Of a DNA stretch of 64,000 nucleotides, positions 48,591-61,175 are shown piece after piece. The stretch spans positions 4,898,001 through 4,962,000 of the forward strand of contig CATNEN010000029.1 of the NCBI GenBank assembly GCA_950097015.1, read 5' to 3'. The notes under the pieces are model-generated. The model was not told the origin of the DNA. It did no database searches and saw only the letters and a list, made by a program, of their open reading frames with translations. Source of the DNA: Macrostomum hystrix. Its lineage: Eukaryota > Animalia > Platyhelminthes. The number at the start of each line of letters is the position of its first letter. Positions within the stretch are counted from its first letter, which is position 1. The position numbers and the translations under genes were made by a program.

Positions 48591-49899
48591 GAGTCTATGT
48601 TTAAGGATATGAATGTAGGGAAAATGCAAAATGGCCTTTTATATTGAACAAATTTTGAGCAATTCCAAATTCGAAAATCCCTATCCTAAAACTTAGGAGA
48701 ACCATAAACTATTTAGTGTACACTATCAATTCTTGAATTGTTTTGGAATCAACAATTAAAAATAAGCTTCGACATGTGATTTAGACAGAGCCTTTCTAAG
48801 AACTCAGCGCCAGCCAACGTGCCCAAATACATGCTCCAATAGGTGGTTAAGAACAATCGAACTAATTTGTGAACAGTATGAACTGATTTACAATAATTCA
48901 ATCGATGATCAGATAGACACTCAACTTTAGTAATCATCGAGTGCTTCAAAAATTCACTCCACCGGTCTCCGTGCTGACCAACCTGCCAGGTGTGTCCACG
49001 GTGTGAGCAGTTGTCTATGACCTGACTCCTGCCGCCAGCCCCCCCCCGAGGGACGGCGAGACGGTAGTCAGGGAAAAAAAATAAATCGTCCATGGTTCTC
49101 GCCGACCCTCGGGCAAGAGAGGCCCAACAGGTCTGAGGACAGAGACAGTTTGGTCTCTCGCGGGACCTGTCAAGGTGTTGCGAGTTCTGCAGTGAGAGAG
49201 GCGCTGTAGCCATGGGGGACAAGTGTCCGCCCCAGCAATGGCCAAGTGTCCCCCACAATTGCCAGTCTTTGTCTAGTTGTTTTGGTTTCCTCGTGGCAAA
49301 GACTGCTCTGCGCAGGCCGTGCGTGAAATCATTTGGAAAAGAGAACGATTGTGAAGCAATTATTTTCTTATTTTGTTGTCGTGATTCCGCTTCATAGTAG
49401 AAAAGCCAGAAATGTTTCATGATGGCTAGTCGTGATTTTTAAAGCAAATATATAGGCAGCAGCTGTAGAAGACATCGTTCAAAATGGCAGGTATAAACTT
49501 TAAACATTACTTCCGGAAGAGAGATCTTCCACTAAAATATTGAATCTTAGCAGAATATTTCTCAGCCATAAATACTTTGGGGAGAAGGATGGGATTTTAC
49601 AATCGCGATTCTTACCCATCTGAGGATAAGTATTTTTATATTGCTTTGGTTGCTAGGAGTAAAAAATAAGATCAAACAATTTTTAGGTGTTCTCAATACT
49701 TTCTGTCAGAAATCTTTCAAGGATAATTTTATGACTGAGCAAGCTGTGGTTGATGGCTACACACAAGATGGGTGCACGAGTCCTGCAATAATTCCTAAAA
49801 CTTTTGAGCAAGCCATAAGCACTGTGAGCACGTTGATTCCCAAAGCAATTCTAGTTGGCGCTAAATTTTAGTTCTTTCCTTTCTTTTGATTTGAAAAAT

Positions 49900-52800
49900 C
49901 AATTCAGATATGCTGACCAATTTTGAGATCAGTGTGCTCAGACATGCTGACATAGCTTGAGATCAGTGTGCTCAGATATGCTGACCCATTTTGAGATCAG
50001 TGTGCTCAGACATGCTGACATAGCGTGAGATCAGTGTGCTCAGATATGCTGACCCATTTTGAGATCAGTGTGCTCAGACATGCTGACATAGCTTGAGATC
50101 AGTGTGCTCAGATATGCTGACCCATTTTGAGATCAGTGTGCTCAGATATGCTGACCCATTTTGAGATCAGTGTGCTCAGACATGCTGACCCATTTTGAGA
50201 TCAGTGTGCTCAGATATGCTGACCCATTTTGAGATCAGTGTGCTCAGACATGCTGACATAGCTTGAGATCAGTGTGCTCAGATATGCTGACCCATTTTGA
50301 GATCAGTGTGCTCAGATATGATGACCAATTTTGAGATCAGTGTGCTCAGATATGCTGACCCATTTTGAGATCAGTGTGCTCAGACATGCTGACATAGCGT
50401 GAGATCAGTGTGCTCAGATATGCTGACCCATTTTGAGATCAGTGTGCTCAGACATGCTGACAATAGCTTGAGATCAGTGTGCTCAGATATGCTGACCCAT
50501 TTTGAGATCAGTGTGCTCAGATATGCTGACCCATTTTGAGATCAGTGTGCTCAGACATGCTGACCCATTTTGAGATCAGTGTGCTCAGATATGCTGACCC
50601 ATTTTGAGATCAGTGTGCTCAGATATGCTGACCCATTTTGAGATCAGTGTGCTCAGATATGCTGACCCATTTTGAGATCAGTGTGCTCAGACATGCTCAC
50701 CCATTTTGAGATCAGTGTGCTCAGATATGCTCACCCATTTTGAGATCAGTGTGCTCAGACATGCTGACATAGCGTGAGATCAATGTGCTCAGATATGCTG
50801 ACCCATTTTGAGATCAGTGTGCTCAGACATGCTGACATAGCGTGAGATCAGTGTGCTCAGACATGCTGACATAGCGTGAGATCAGTGTGCTCAGATATGC
50901 TGACCCATTTTGAGATCAGTGTGCTCAGATATGCTGACCCATTTTGAGATCAGTGTGCTCAGATATGCTGACCCATTTTGAGATCAGTGTGCTCAGACAT
51001 GCTGACCCATTTTGAGATCAGTGTGCTCAGATATGCTGACCCATTTTGAGATCAGTGTGCTCAGACATGCTGACATAGCTTGAGATCAGTGTGCTCAGAT
51101 ATGCTGACACAGCTTGAGAATCAGTGTGCTCAGATATGCTGACCCATTTTGAGATCAGTGTGCTCAGACATGCTGACATAGCGTGAGATCAGTGTGCTCA
51201 GATATGCTGACCCATTTTGAGATCAGTGTGCTCAGACATGCTGACACAGCTTGAGATCAGTGTGCTCAGATATGCTGACCCATTTTGAGATCAGTGTGCT
51301 CAGATATGCTGACCCATTTTGAGATCAGTGTGCTCAGATATGCTGACCCATTTTGAGATCAGTGTGCTCAGACATGCTGACATAGCGTGAGATCAGTGTG
51401 CTCAGATATGCTGACCCATTTTGAGATCAGTGTGCTCAGATATGCTGACCCATTTTGAGATCAGTGTGCTCAGATATGCTGACGTATTTTGAGATCAGTG
51501 TGCTCAGACATGCTGACCCATTTTGAGATCAGTGTGCTCAGATATGCTGACCCATTTTGAGATCAGTGTGCTCAGACATGCTGACATAGCTTGAGATCAG
51601 TGTGCTCAGATATGCTGACCCATTTTGAGATCAGTGTGCTCAGATATGCTGACCCATTTTGAGATCAGTGTGCTCAGACATGCTGACATAGCTTGAGATC
51701 AGTGTGCTCAGATATGCTGACCCATTTTGAGATCAGTGTGCTCAGATATGCTGACCCATTTTGAGATCAGTGTGCTCAGACATGCTGACATAGCTTGAGA
51801 TCAGTGTGCTCAGATATGCTGACACAGCTTGAGATCAGTGTGCTCAGATATGCTGACCCATTTTGAGATCAGTGTGCTCAGACATGCTGACATAGCGTGA
51901 GATCAGTGTGCTCAGATATGCTGACCCATTTTGAGATCAGTGTGCTCAGATATGCTAACCCATTTTGAGATCAGTGTGCTCAGATATGCTGACCCATTTT
52001 GAGATCAGTGTGCTCAGACATGCTGACATAGCTTGAGATCAATGTGCTCAGATATGCTGACACAGCTTGAGATCAATGTGCTCAGATATGCTGACCCATT
52101 TTGAGATCAGTGTGCTCAGATATGCTGACCAATTTTGAGATCAGTGTGCTCAGATATGCTGACCCATTTTGAGATCAGTGTGCTCAGATATGCTGACCCA
52201 TTTTGAGATCAGTGTGCTCAGACATGCTGACATAGCTTGAGATCAATGTGCTCAGATATGCTGACACAGCTTGAGATCAATGTGCTCAGATATGCTGACC
52301 CATTTTGAGATCAGTGTGCTCAGATATGCTGACCCATTTTGAGATCAGTGTGCTCAGATATGCTAACCCATTTTGAGATCAGTGTGCTCAGATATGCTGA
52401 CCCATTTTGAGATCAGTGTGCTCAGACATGCTGACATAGCTTGAGATCAATGTGCTCAGATATGCTGACACAGCTTGAGATCAATGTGCTCAGATATGCT
52501 GACCCATTTTGAGATCAGTGTGCTCAGATATGCTGACCCATTTTGAGATCAGTGTGCTCAGATATGCTGACCCATTTTGAGATCAGTGTGCTCAGATATG
52601 CTGACCCATTTTGAGATCAGTGTGCTCAGATATGCTGACCCATTTTGAGATCAGTGTGCTCAGATATGCTGACCAATTTTGAGATCAGTGTGCTCAGATA
52701 TGCTGACATAGCTTGAGATCAATGTGCTCAGATATGCTGACACAGCTTGAGATCAATGTGCTCAGATATGCTGACACAGCTTGAGATCAGTGTGCTCAGA

Positions 52801-53045
52801 TATGCTGACCCATTTTGAGATCAGTGTGCTCAGATATGCTGACCAATATTGAGATCAGTGTGCTCAGATATGCTGACCCATTTTGAGATCAGTGTGCTCA
52901 GATATGCTGACCAATTTTGTGATCAGTGTGCTCAGATATGCTGACATAGCTTGAGATCAATGTGGTCAGATATGCTGACATAGCTTGAGATCAATGTGCT
53001 CAGATATGCTGACACAGCTTGAGATCAGTGTGCTCAGATATGCAC
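49900..53045. repeat. 34-bp satellite (~92 copies)
   Basis: GAGATCAGTGTGCTCAGA(T/C)ATGCTGAC plus a 7-nt variant (CCATTTT, ATAGCTT, ATAGCGT, ACAGCTT, CAATTTT). Confidence 0.98.
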
Positions 53046-53314
53046 AACAATCTCATATCGTTGTTGTGAGATAACGATATCACACATCGATTGCGAATCT
53101 ATTTGCTGAACTGTCAACTTGCTTTTGGTAGCATTTCAGTTTTTTTGTCATTCATTATATGAAACAGAGAGAAAAACTAATGGCCGATTGTAATTTAGGG
53201 AACAGGGCGCCTACTAGCATTGTTGGCTAGTATTTTTCTCTCTCTGGCTGTCTCTCTACCACCCATTAAAATTAACTGGCCCTTTTTAACCGCCTCTTGC
53301 AACCACCCCAACCA

Positions 53315-53322
53315 ACCCGCAT
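53315..53322 (+). promoter_or_regulatory. consensus GCM-binding site upstream of gcm
   Basis: ACCCGCAT is the (A/G)CCCGCAT consensus, 250 bp before the ATG. Confidence 0.45.
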
Positions 53323-53571
53323 CCTAAGCCAGCCCCGGCCCTGCTGAAGCAGCAATGATCGCTTGAGCCACAACTAGAATAGAATAAGTCTTATTAGTAT
53401 TTTTAACAAGCCATTGCAGTGGGGACTCAAGACTCACGGAGGGCGGTGGGCTGAATATTGAGTTGAAATATCAATACGGCACCCACTGTTTCACAGCTTA
53501 TTTCTGCGTGTTTTGGTAGATAGTCAAGAATTAAACTTGTTGAGCAGTCGCTTCCAAGCAATAGCCAGGAA

Positions 53572-56500
53572 ATGCCCGCTGCCAAGCAGCAGCAGCCGAT
53601 TTCCAACCCTCGTTGGGACGTCAACGATCCTCAACTGCCGATGGTGAGTTGATACCAGATCCCCAGACCACTGAGCACACTGACGATCAATGACTGAAAA
53701 TCTTAGCCTGAACCTCTATTCCTCAGCCCGACCAGCCGGACCAGTTCCAGCTCTGGCCAGATGGCAACTGTTGCTACGCCTACGGCGGCCGCCAGGACGA
53801 AGCCAATAAGCATTCAAGCGGTTGGGCGATGAGAAATACTAACAATCACAATGTCAGCATACTCAAGAAGTCCTGCTTGGGTGTACTTGTGTGCAGCCTA
53901 GGCTGTCTAGGCGCCGGCGGCCTGCCGCTGACCTTGAGGCCGGCCATCTGCGACAAGGCGCGAAGGAAGCAGTGCGGTGAGTTACTGCTCATCCATTTCA
54001 CTGCTCATCCATTCCACTGCTCATCCATTCCACTGCTCATCCATTCTACTGCTCATCCATTCTACTGCTCATCCGTTCTACTGCTCATCCATTCCACTGC
54101 TCATCCGTTCTACTGCTCATCTATTCTACTGCTCATCCATTCTACTGCTCATCCGTTCTACTGCTCATCCATTCCACTGCTCATCCATTCTACTGCTCAT
54201 CCATTTCACTGCTCATCCATTCCACTGCTCATCCATTCCACTGCTCATCCATTCCACTGCTCATCCATTCTACTGCTCATCCATTCTACTGCTCATCCAT
54301 TCCACTGCTCATCCGTTCTACTGCTCATCTATTCTACTGCTCATCCATTCTACTGCTCATCCATTCCACTGCTCATCCATTCTACTGCTCATCCATTCCA
54401 CTGCTCATCCATTCTACTGCTCATCCATTCTACTGCTCATCCATTCTACTGCTCATCCATTCTACTGCTCATCCGTTCTACTGCTCATCTATTCTACTGC
54501 TCATCCATTCTACTGCTCATCCATTCCAGTGCTCATCCATTCTACTGCTCATCCATTCTACTGCTCATCCATTCTACTGCTCATCCATTCTACTGCTCAT
54601 CCATTCCACTGCTCATCCATTCTACTGCTCATCCATTCCACTGCTCATCCATTCTACTGCTCATCCATTCTACTGCTCATCCATTCTACTGCTCATCCAT
54701 TCTACTGCTCATCCATTCTACTGCTCATCCATTCTACTGCTCATCCATTCTACTGCTCATCCATTCTACTGCTCATCTATTCTACTGCTCATCCATTCTT
54801 CTCAAGTATTCCTTTCCGAAAAAGCAATTCATCATTAACTTAACCATTTATTGTGTCTGTTTTGAAGGTAGAACATTAAAGAATAGTTGAAAAACAATTT
54901 TATTACTGCTTTGTATAAGTTTTTAACATAGTTAAAATATGAAAAGTTATACAATATCAATGTTTGTGGAATGTCAAACTATCGTGCTGTTCATGTTCAG
55001 CCTGACAATAACATTTGTCAATTTCTTTCATAGGAAATGTTTGTTTAAAAAACAGATCTTTAAGAATATTGTTTAGATTCTGAGTGATAAAAGATTTTTG
55101 GACAGAACTTCCGCAAATTTTTCCTTTCCTACAGAAATACTTTTTCGCGAGAAGTTTTTAAAGCGAAACGTTGTCTATTGGCCACTCTGGATGTGTTGTC
55201 ACTCAAGCAAAATTATTCCACCCACAAAAACCCAGAGGTTTGGCCATAGACACTTCGGCTGCTACAGAGCAAACGTTGCAAGTCAAGAAAGCTTTATACC
55301 TCGTACATGTCTTTAACAAGATTTTCTCCATTTTCGTTCAAACAGCCTAATATATCTATTTATATCTGGGCATATCTTGGATTTAAGAAAACTGATTCTG
55401 ATCAACATGACGTGAGAAATTTCACAGATTTTTCTACACGCGCAGATGACACTGACGTAGCAACTCAACTTATAGAAGACAAGGAAAAAATGTGGAAGGT
55501 TAGGCATGCAGTTATCGCCCCTGCGACTCCCCGCTGTAGCAGGTGTGGCGGGTCCCGATACGGTCGGTCTCATAGGGCTCCGGGCTCAGATATCGGAGAC
55601 TGAACAACGCGCGATGTTGAAATTGTTTCGGGACGCGCAGCAGCAGTTCCGGAATTCGATGCGAATCACCCACGCCCTCTCTCTCTCTCTGATTTCTAGG
55701 CGACACCAATTTTCGTCTTAGTTTTCCACTCCCAACTATGGGAAGTCAATTATCTCCGTTGTCACTGGGCGCCTCCCACCCCACCCGAATCCTCCTGCCT
55801 CCTGCTGCACCGCCCATCGCTGGCGTGTTGAAATTCTAGACGGCTCAGGCGCCCTCTGGCAACATCCGCTCCGCCCACTCCACCGCCTAGCGGGGGCTCC
55901 GCAGCCTCCCGCCCACACACGATCCGTGTGACGACTTGGCGGCCAAGGAATTCCTCTTCAGAATCAGTAGATGAGGGTAGTCTCATGCAATCAGAAATGC
56001 AGAAACAGCTTAATCACTATCCGCTCTCCGCTCCCTCTCCGCTCCCTCTCCGCTACCTCTCCGCTCCCTCTCCGCTCCCTCTCCACTCCCTCTCCACTCT
56101 CTTTCCGCTCCTTCTCTGTTCTCTCCGCTGTCTTTCCGCTCTACTTCCGCTCACTCACCGCTCCCTCTCCGCTCTCTTTCCCTTCTTTCTCGGCTCTCAT
56201 TCTGTCCCTTTCCACTCGCCATCCGCTTCTTATCCGCCATATTGATGCTTTCTCAAGGCGACTTTCTCGAAAGAAATGTCATAACCTGTTGGCGGATTCA
56301 TCTCCACGTCCTACGGCCGACATTTTGCAGGCCAGCCGTGTCCGAACGCCAAATGCGACGGCGTAATCATTCTGCAGGCCTGCCGAGGTCACTCCGGCTA
56401 CCCCGTCACTCATTTCTGGCGCCAACTGAATGGCTGCGTGTACTTCCAGGCCAAGGGCACGCACGATCATCCGCCGCCAGAGCTCAAACCGTCTGAGCAG

Positions 56501-57592
56501 ATTCGAAAGAGGCTGCGCTTGTTTAAGAAAATCGGAAAAGCTGGAATGGTAAGGGAGTGACAGGTTGGTGTGACAGCAACTTTTGGAGTGACAGGTTGGT
56601 GTGACAGCAACTCTTGGAGTGACAGGTTGGTGTGACAGCAACTCTTGGAGTGACAGGTTGGTGTGACAGCGACTCTTGGAGTGACAGGTTGGTGTGACAG
56701 CGACTCTTGGAGTGACAGGTTGGTGTGACAGCGACTCTTGGGGTGACAGGTTGGTGTGACAGCGACTCTTGGAGTGACAGGTTGGTGTGACAGCAACTCT
56801 TGGGGTGACTGTCAGAGTGAGAGTGACCGCTGGAGTGATTGCCAGAAGGAGAGTGACTGCTAGAGTGATTATAGCCGAAGAATTTGCTTCTTAAAATGTA
56901 CAGTAATAAAAAAATCTCCACAGGAGCAGCAAACAGTATCACTAGAGTCGGTTGACCTGTCTCCCTTGTCGCCAGCCGGACCAAATCGTGAGCAATATCA
57001 GCATCAGCAGCAGCAGCGGCGACGCAAGCAACTATCGCAGAAAAGGTGCAAACGCGGGCCAGAAGCAGATTACGGATTTCAGCATTCTCAACTGCATAAT
57101 CAGCATCATCAAAATTATTCGTGCCAGCAACTTCAGCAGCATCTTCAGCAGCAGGAGCAGGAGCAGCAGCTGCTGCTGCAGCAGCAACGGCAGCTGGTGT
57201 GTCCCTTCCATCGAATGGACTTGGACCAGTCCGAATGTCATACCCCGAGTCGGCAGGCCTCTAGCTACAGCCAGCAGCGGGAGCAGGGCCCGGAGCAATT
57301 TCAGCATCATCAGCCAGGCAGTTCGGCGGCATCAGCAGCTGCTGCAGCGGCAGCCGCTGCCGCCGCGGCCGCGATCTTCGGAGTGCACGAAGCTCCGCCG
57401 CCTGGGATCATTCACTACCAAGGCTACGGAAGCCACGCGCCCTTCTATGCGGCACGTTCAGCACAGCAGCAGGAACAGCGAGAACAGATGCACCAGCAGC
57501 ATCGGCAGCCAGCAGCTCCAATGCAACTCGGTGGCGGAATAGCTCTACCGTCTGGCTCTGACGAATCAACACCAGCATCTGCAGCCGCCTAA
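53572..57592 (+). CDS. gcm: glial cells missing transcription factor; exons 53572-53643, 53727-53976, 56331-56548, 56924-57592 (or to 57998 via a further intron)
   Basis: [90 protein letters not shown] form a complete GCM domain, followed by a Gln/His/Ala-rich tail. Phases agree. Confidence 0.95.
53982..54800. repeat. 16-bp minisatellite starting just after the gcm intron 2 donor
   Basis: Unit CTGCTCATCCATTC(T/C)A; source of ORFs 53829..54890 (3' part) and 53977..54843. Confidence 0.97.
56020..56110. repeat. 11-bp pyrimidine-rich repeat
   Basis: CTCCGCTCCCT copies that decay 3'. Confidence 0.8.
56553..56812. repeat. 31-bp minisatellite, gcm intron 3
   Basis: Unit GGAGTGACAGGTTGGTGTGACAGCAACTCTT. 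Confidence 0.95.
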
Positions 57593-59239
57593 TCGTCAGC
57601 AGTCGCCGGCATCGCTGATCGATCCCGTCACCGACTTCGCAGATCCATTCTTCGCCTTCTGGCAGGCCGGCAGCGGCGGCTCCGGCGGCAGCGGTCGAAC
57701 ATCGGGCTACGGCCAGGACCAGATGCTGATAGAAGTCAAGCAGCATAGGACCCGGCAGCAGTATCGGCTTGAAGATGAGCCGGCGGAGCTGTTTCAGCAG
57801 CAACAGCAGCAGCACCAATACCTCCACGAAGGCACTCGGGGCAACGAATTCTTGCCTTTCATCAGCGCTTCCACTAGCAATGCAACGGCTGCTACTGCTG
57901 CTGCTGCTGCTGCTGCTGCTTCTAGTAGCACACTGGAGCCTGGCATTGGCTATGCCTACTACTATGGCCGAAACTCGCCGACTCTGTTTGTGACCTGACC
58001 CATACGGATTCTTGGGAAACAGATGAGTTTTCTAAGAAGGCGGTTTAATTTCTAGGAAATCAAATGAATTCAACTGGACTTAACTTTCAAAACTATACCC
58101 ATGCTAAATGTTTGTTTGTTAATTGTCCTAATTAATAATTAAATCGAAATACTGCCTTTCGCCTTGTGTTAATTTTCTTGCGAGAAAAACTTTTATTATA
58201 ACGATATAAAAAGAAATGCGAAATAGACAAATTATTATAAGACTTTACTTTACGCTGTCTGTGTTTTTAAACTGTCTACGAATTGTTTTTACGACTGAAT
58301 TTTTACACAGTGGGTATTTGTTTCACGGAATTCATTTACTCAGGTCCGATCAGTAAGCTATGAATGAGCTGGATATAAAACCACCAGCCTATAATAATAT
58401 CTATTATCATCGTCATTGCCCCTTGCCGCACTAATTATCATTTTGCCTTATTAATTATGCAACGAAATGGGATAGCCGCACGCGTGCGGCGCGTATCCCC
58501 TGTCTTTCTCGATCCCACTTTATCCTTGTGAATTTTTTTACCTGCAAGGTGCATCAGACAGGGCACTGTTGGAGAGAGAGGATCAGACAAGACCCCATTC
58601 TTCATTTCATGTTGCAGACTCCGCGTGTCAAAACCCCATGGTCGTGAGCAGTCATCTATTTTTGTTGATCTGCGTCGTGTGCAACAAGAGTCAAGAGAGA
58701 GAGACTTCAACAACACTCCTGGAGTTGAACTCGCTCCTACGAGTATGGTGAATGGGGGTTTCTGGATCACTGGATTGGCCCTCACAGTGTGTTTTGTTTG
58801 CAGTCATTTCGGCCGATTAAACTCTGCAAAAAAACACTGGGCTGCTTCAGGCCTAACTGAAGAATAATGAACAGGGGGGCACAATTCAATAGTCTGTCTT
58901 TTTTGGAAAGCCAGCAGCAGCAGCAAGCACGTTGTCAGCCTTTATATCATCAATATTAACAATATAGTAATCATAAACGTTTTGTTATTTTGCTCAAACT
59001 CAAGCCCCACCTATACAGAGCAGCAATAAAGTGAGAATTTTTTTCGAATACCAATTTCGATTGGACGAGATTGATAAATCCCAGAATCTCGACTCAAAGC
59101 TGTTGGGGAACCCGCATTATTTCGACAACAATATGACGATTGAAACTTAATCTGATCTGCATTACTCACGCACAATGGCCACGCGAGCGCCATGTCTCAA
59201 ATCTAGCCCCACTTGGCACACTCTACAGTGATCAGAGGG

Positions 59240-60310
59240 CCAGAGAGGATAGGGAAGAGAGAGTGGAGGAAGATGGGGAAGAGAGAGTAGGAAGATGGGG
59301 AAGAGAGAGTAGGAAGATGGGGAAGAGAGAGTAGGAAGATGGGGAAGAGAGAGTAGGAAGATGGGGAAGAGAGAGGGGAGGAAGATGGGGAAGAGAGAGT
59401 AGGAAGATGGGGAAGAGAGAGGGGAGGAAGATGGGGAAGAGAGAGTAGGAAGATGGGGAAGAGAGAGTAGGAAGATGGGGAAGAGAGAGTAGGAAGATGG
59501 GGAAGAGAGAGAGTAGGAAGATGGGGAAGAGAGAGTAGGAAGATGGGGAAGAGAAAGAGTAGGAAGATGGGGAAGAGAGAGAGTAGGAAGATGGGGAAGA
59601 GAGAGAGGAGGAAGATGGGGAAGAGAGAGTAGGAAGATGGGGAAGAGAGAGAGGAGGAAGATGGGGAAGAGAGAGAGGAGGAAGATGGGGAAGAGAGAGG
59701 AGGAAGTGGGCAAGAGAGAGTAGGAAGATGGGGAAGAGAGAGTAGGAAGATGGGGAAGAGAGAGTAGGAAGATGGGGAAGAGAGAGTAGGAAGATGGGGA
59801 GGAGAGAGAGGAGGAAGTGGGCAAGAGAGAGTAGGAAGATGGGGAAGAGAGAGTAGGAAGATGGGGAAGAGAGAGAGTAGGAAGATGGGAAGAGAGAGAG
59901 TAGGAAGATGGGGAAGAGAGAGAGTAGGAAGATGGGGAAGAGAGAGAGTAGGAAGATGGGGAAGAGAGAGAGGAGGAAGATGGGGAAGAGAGAGTAGGAA
60001 GATGGGGAAGAGAGAGAGGAGGAAGATGGGGAAGAGAGAGAGGAGGAAGATGGGGAAGAGAGAGGAGGAAGTGGGCAAGAGAGAGTAGGAAGATGGGGAG
60101 GAGAGAGAGGAGGAAGTGGGCAAGAGAGAGTAGGAAGATGGGGAAGAGAGAGTAGGAAGATGGGGAAGAGAGAGAGTAGGAAGATGGGGAAGAGAGAGAG
60201 TAGGAAGATGGGGAAGAGAGAGAGTAGGAAGATGGGGAAGAGAAAGAGTAGGAAGATTGGGAAGAGAGAGGGGAGGAAGAGGGGAAGATAGAGGAGGAAT
60301 ATAGGGGAGA
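59240..60310. repeat. polypurine 22/24-bp minisatellite
   Basis: Unit GGAAGATGGGGAAGAGAGAG(TA/GA); source of ORFs 59162, 59203 and 59232. Confidence 0.97.
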
Positions 60311-60844
60311 GAGGGTGAATGTTGTGGAAACACATAAATTCGAGATGCATGCAAGAAATTAAATACAGGCTCGCTAAAAATATAGGACAGGTAATAAAAC
60401 TGTAAGGAATGAAAAACGACTTACTTACTTACTTACTTAGATTCCGTCTTCTACGGACACGCTTTGAAGTTGAAGTTTAACATGTCAACATTTTTCTAGC
60501 GAAGTCAGAACGCAAAGCTAATAGCTCTGCTTTGTTTATTAGCAGCAAACTATTTCATTGAGAGAAATCTCTCATGTAAAACACGGTTGAAAGTTTCTGA
60601 AGAATTCAACAAACAAAAGTCACGTATGGAAACAATAAATTTTTCCTTTACCAAATCCCAAAAATGGTCATATTTGCATATTGCCAGCAGGTTCTCAACT
60701 CGAATACACTGCGATGAGGCAGTTTTAGGCTGCGCACTGGGATTCTGAAGTCATTGACTGAGATTTGAATTCTTGATTGTTTATTGCGACCAAGTTAACT
60801 TCTTAAAATGCACTTAGAGTCATAAAATTATCCCGCAAATTCAA

Positions 60845-61175
60845 AAGCACATCCTTATCCATTCTAAAGCACATCCTTATCCATTCTAAAGCACATCCTT
60901 ATCCATTCTAAAGCACATCCTTATCCATTCTAAAACACATCCTTATCCATTCTAAAGCACATCCTTATCCATTCTAAAGCACATCCTTATCCATTCTAAA
61001 GCACATCCTTATCCATTCTAAAACACATCCTTATCCATTCTAAAACACATTCTAATCTATTCTAAAGCACATCCTTATCAATTCTAAAGCACATCCTTAT
61101 CAATTCTAAAGCACATCCTTATCAATTCTAAAGCACATCCTTATCCATTCTAAAACACATCCTTATCGATTCTAA
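60845..61175. repeat. 22-bp minisatellite
   Basis: Unit CACATCCTTATCCATTCTAAAG. Confidence 0.95.

Noticed and set aside
48749-49420. 223-aa minus ORF with GHTW...SDHRL, faintly like a LINE endonuclease end
   Set aside because: No other APE motifs and no downstream RT; the composition looks non-coding.
49900-53045. CRISPR-like look of the 34-bp and 41-bp arrays
   Set aside because: There are no unique spacers (the variable parts recur), no cas genes, and the context is eukaryotic.
55400-55990. GC-rich coding-like patches in gcm intron 2 ([27 protein letters not shown])
   Set aside because: Frames are short and broken; gcm exons 2 and 3 join without them; I could not assign a family.
58500-58830. 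Exon-like minus segment between TTTTTTGCAG and CAG|GTAAAA
   Set aside because: No frame stays open across the whole segment, and there is no partner exon or motif.
9826-60354. Long ORFs over tandem arrays (9826, 9870, 12087, 14657, 14664, 39033-42234, 44473-45560, 48321, 53977, 56467, 59162-60354)
   Set aside because: Peptide periodicity equals the DNA unit length; these are stop-free frames of minisatellites, mostly in introns, without protein motifs.
60416-60470. (CTTA)n next to a short unique stretch, like a LINE/SINE 3' tail; also (CTT)n at 45885
   Set aside because: Too short to separate from simple microsatellites.
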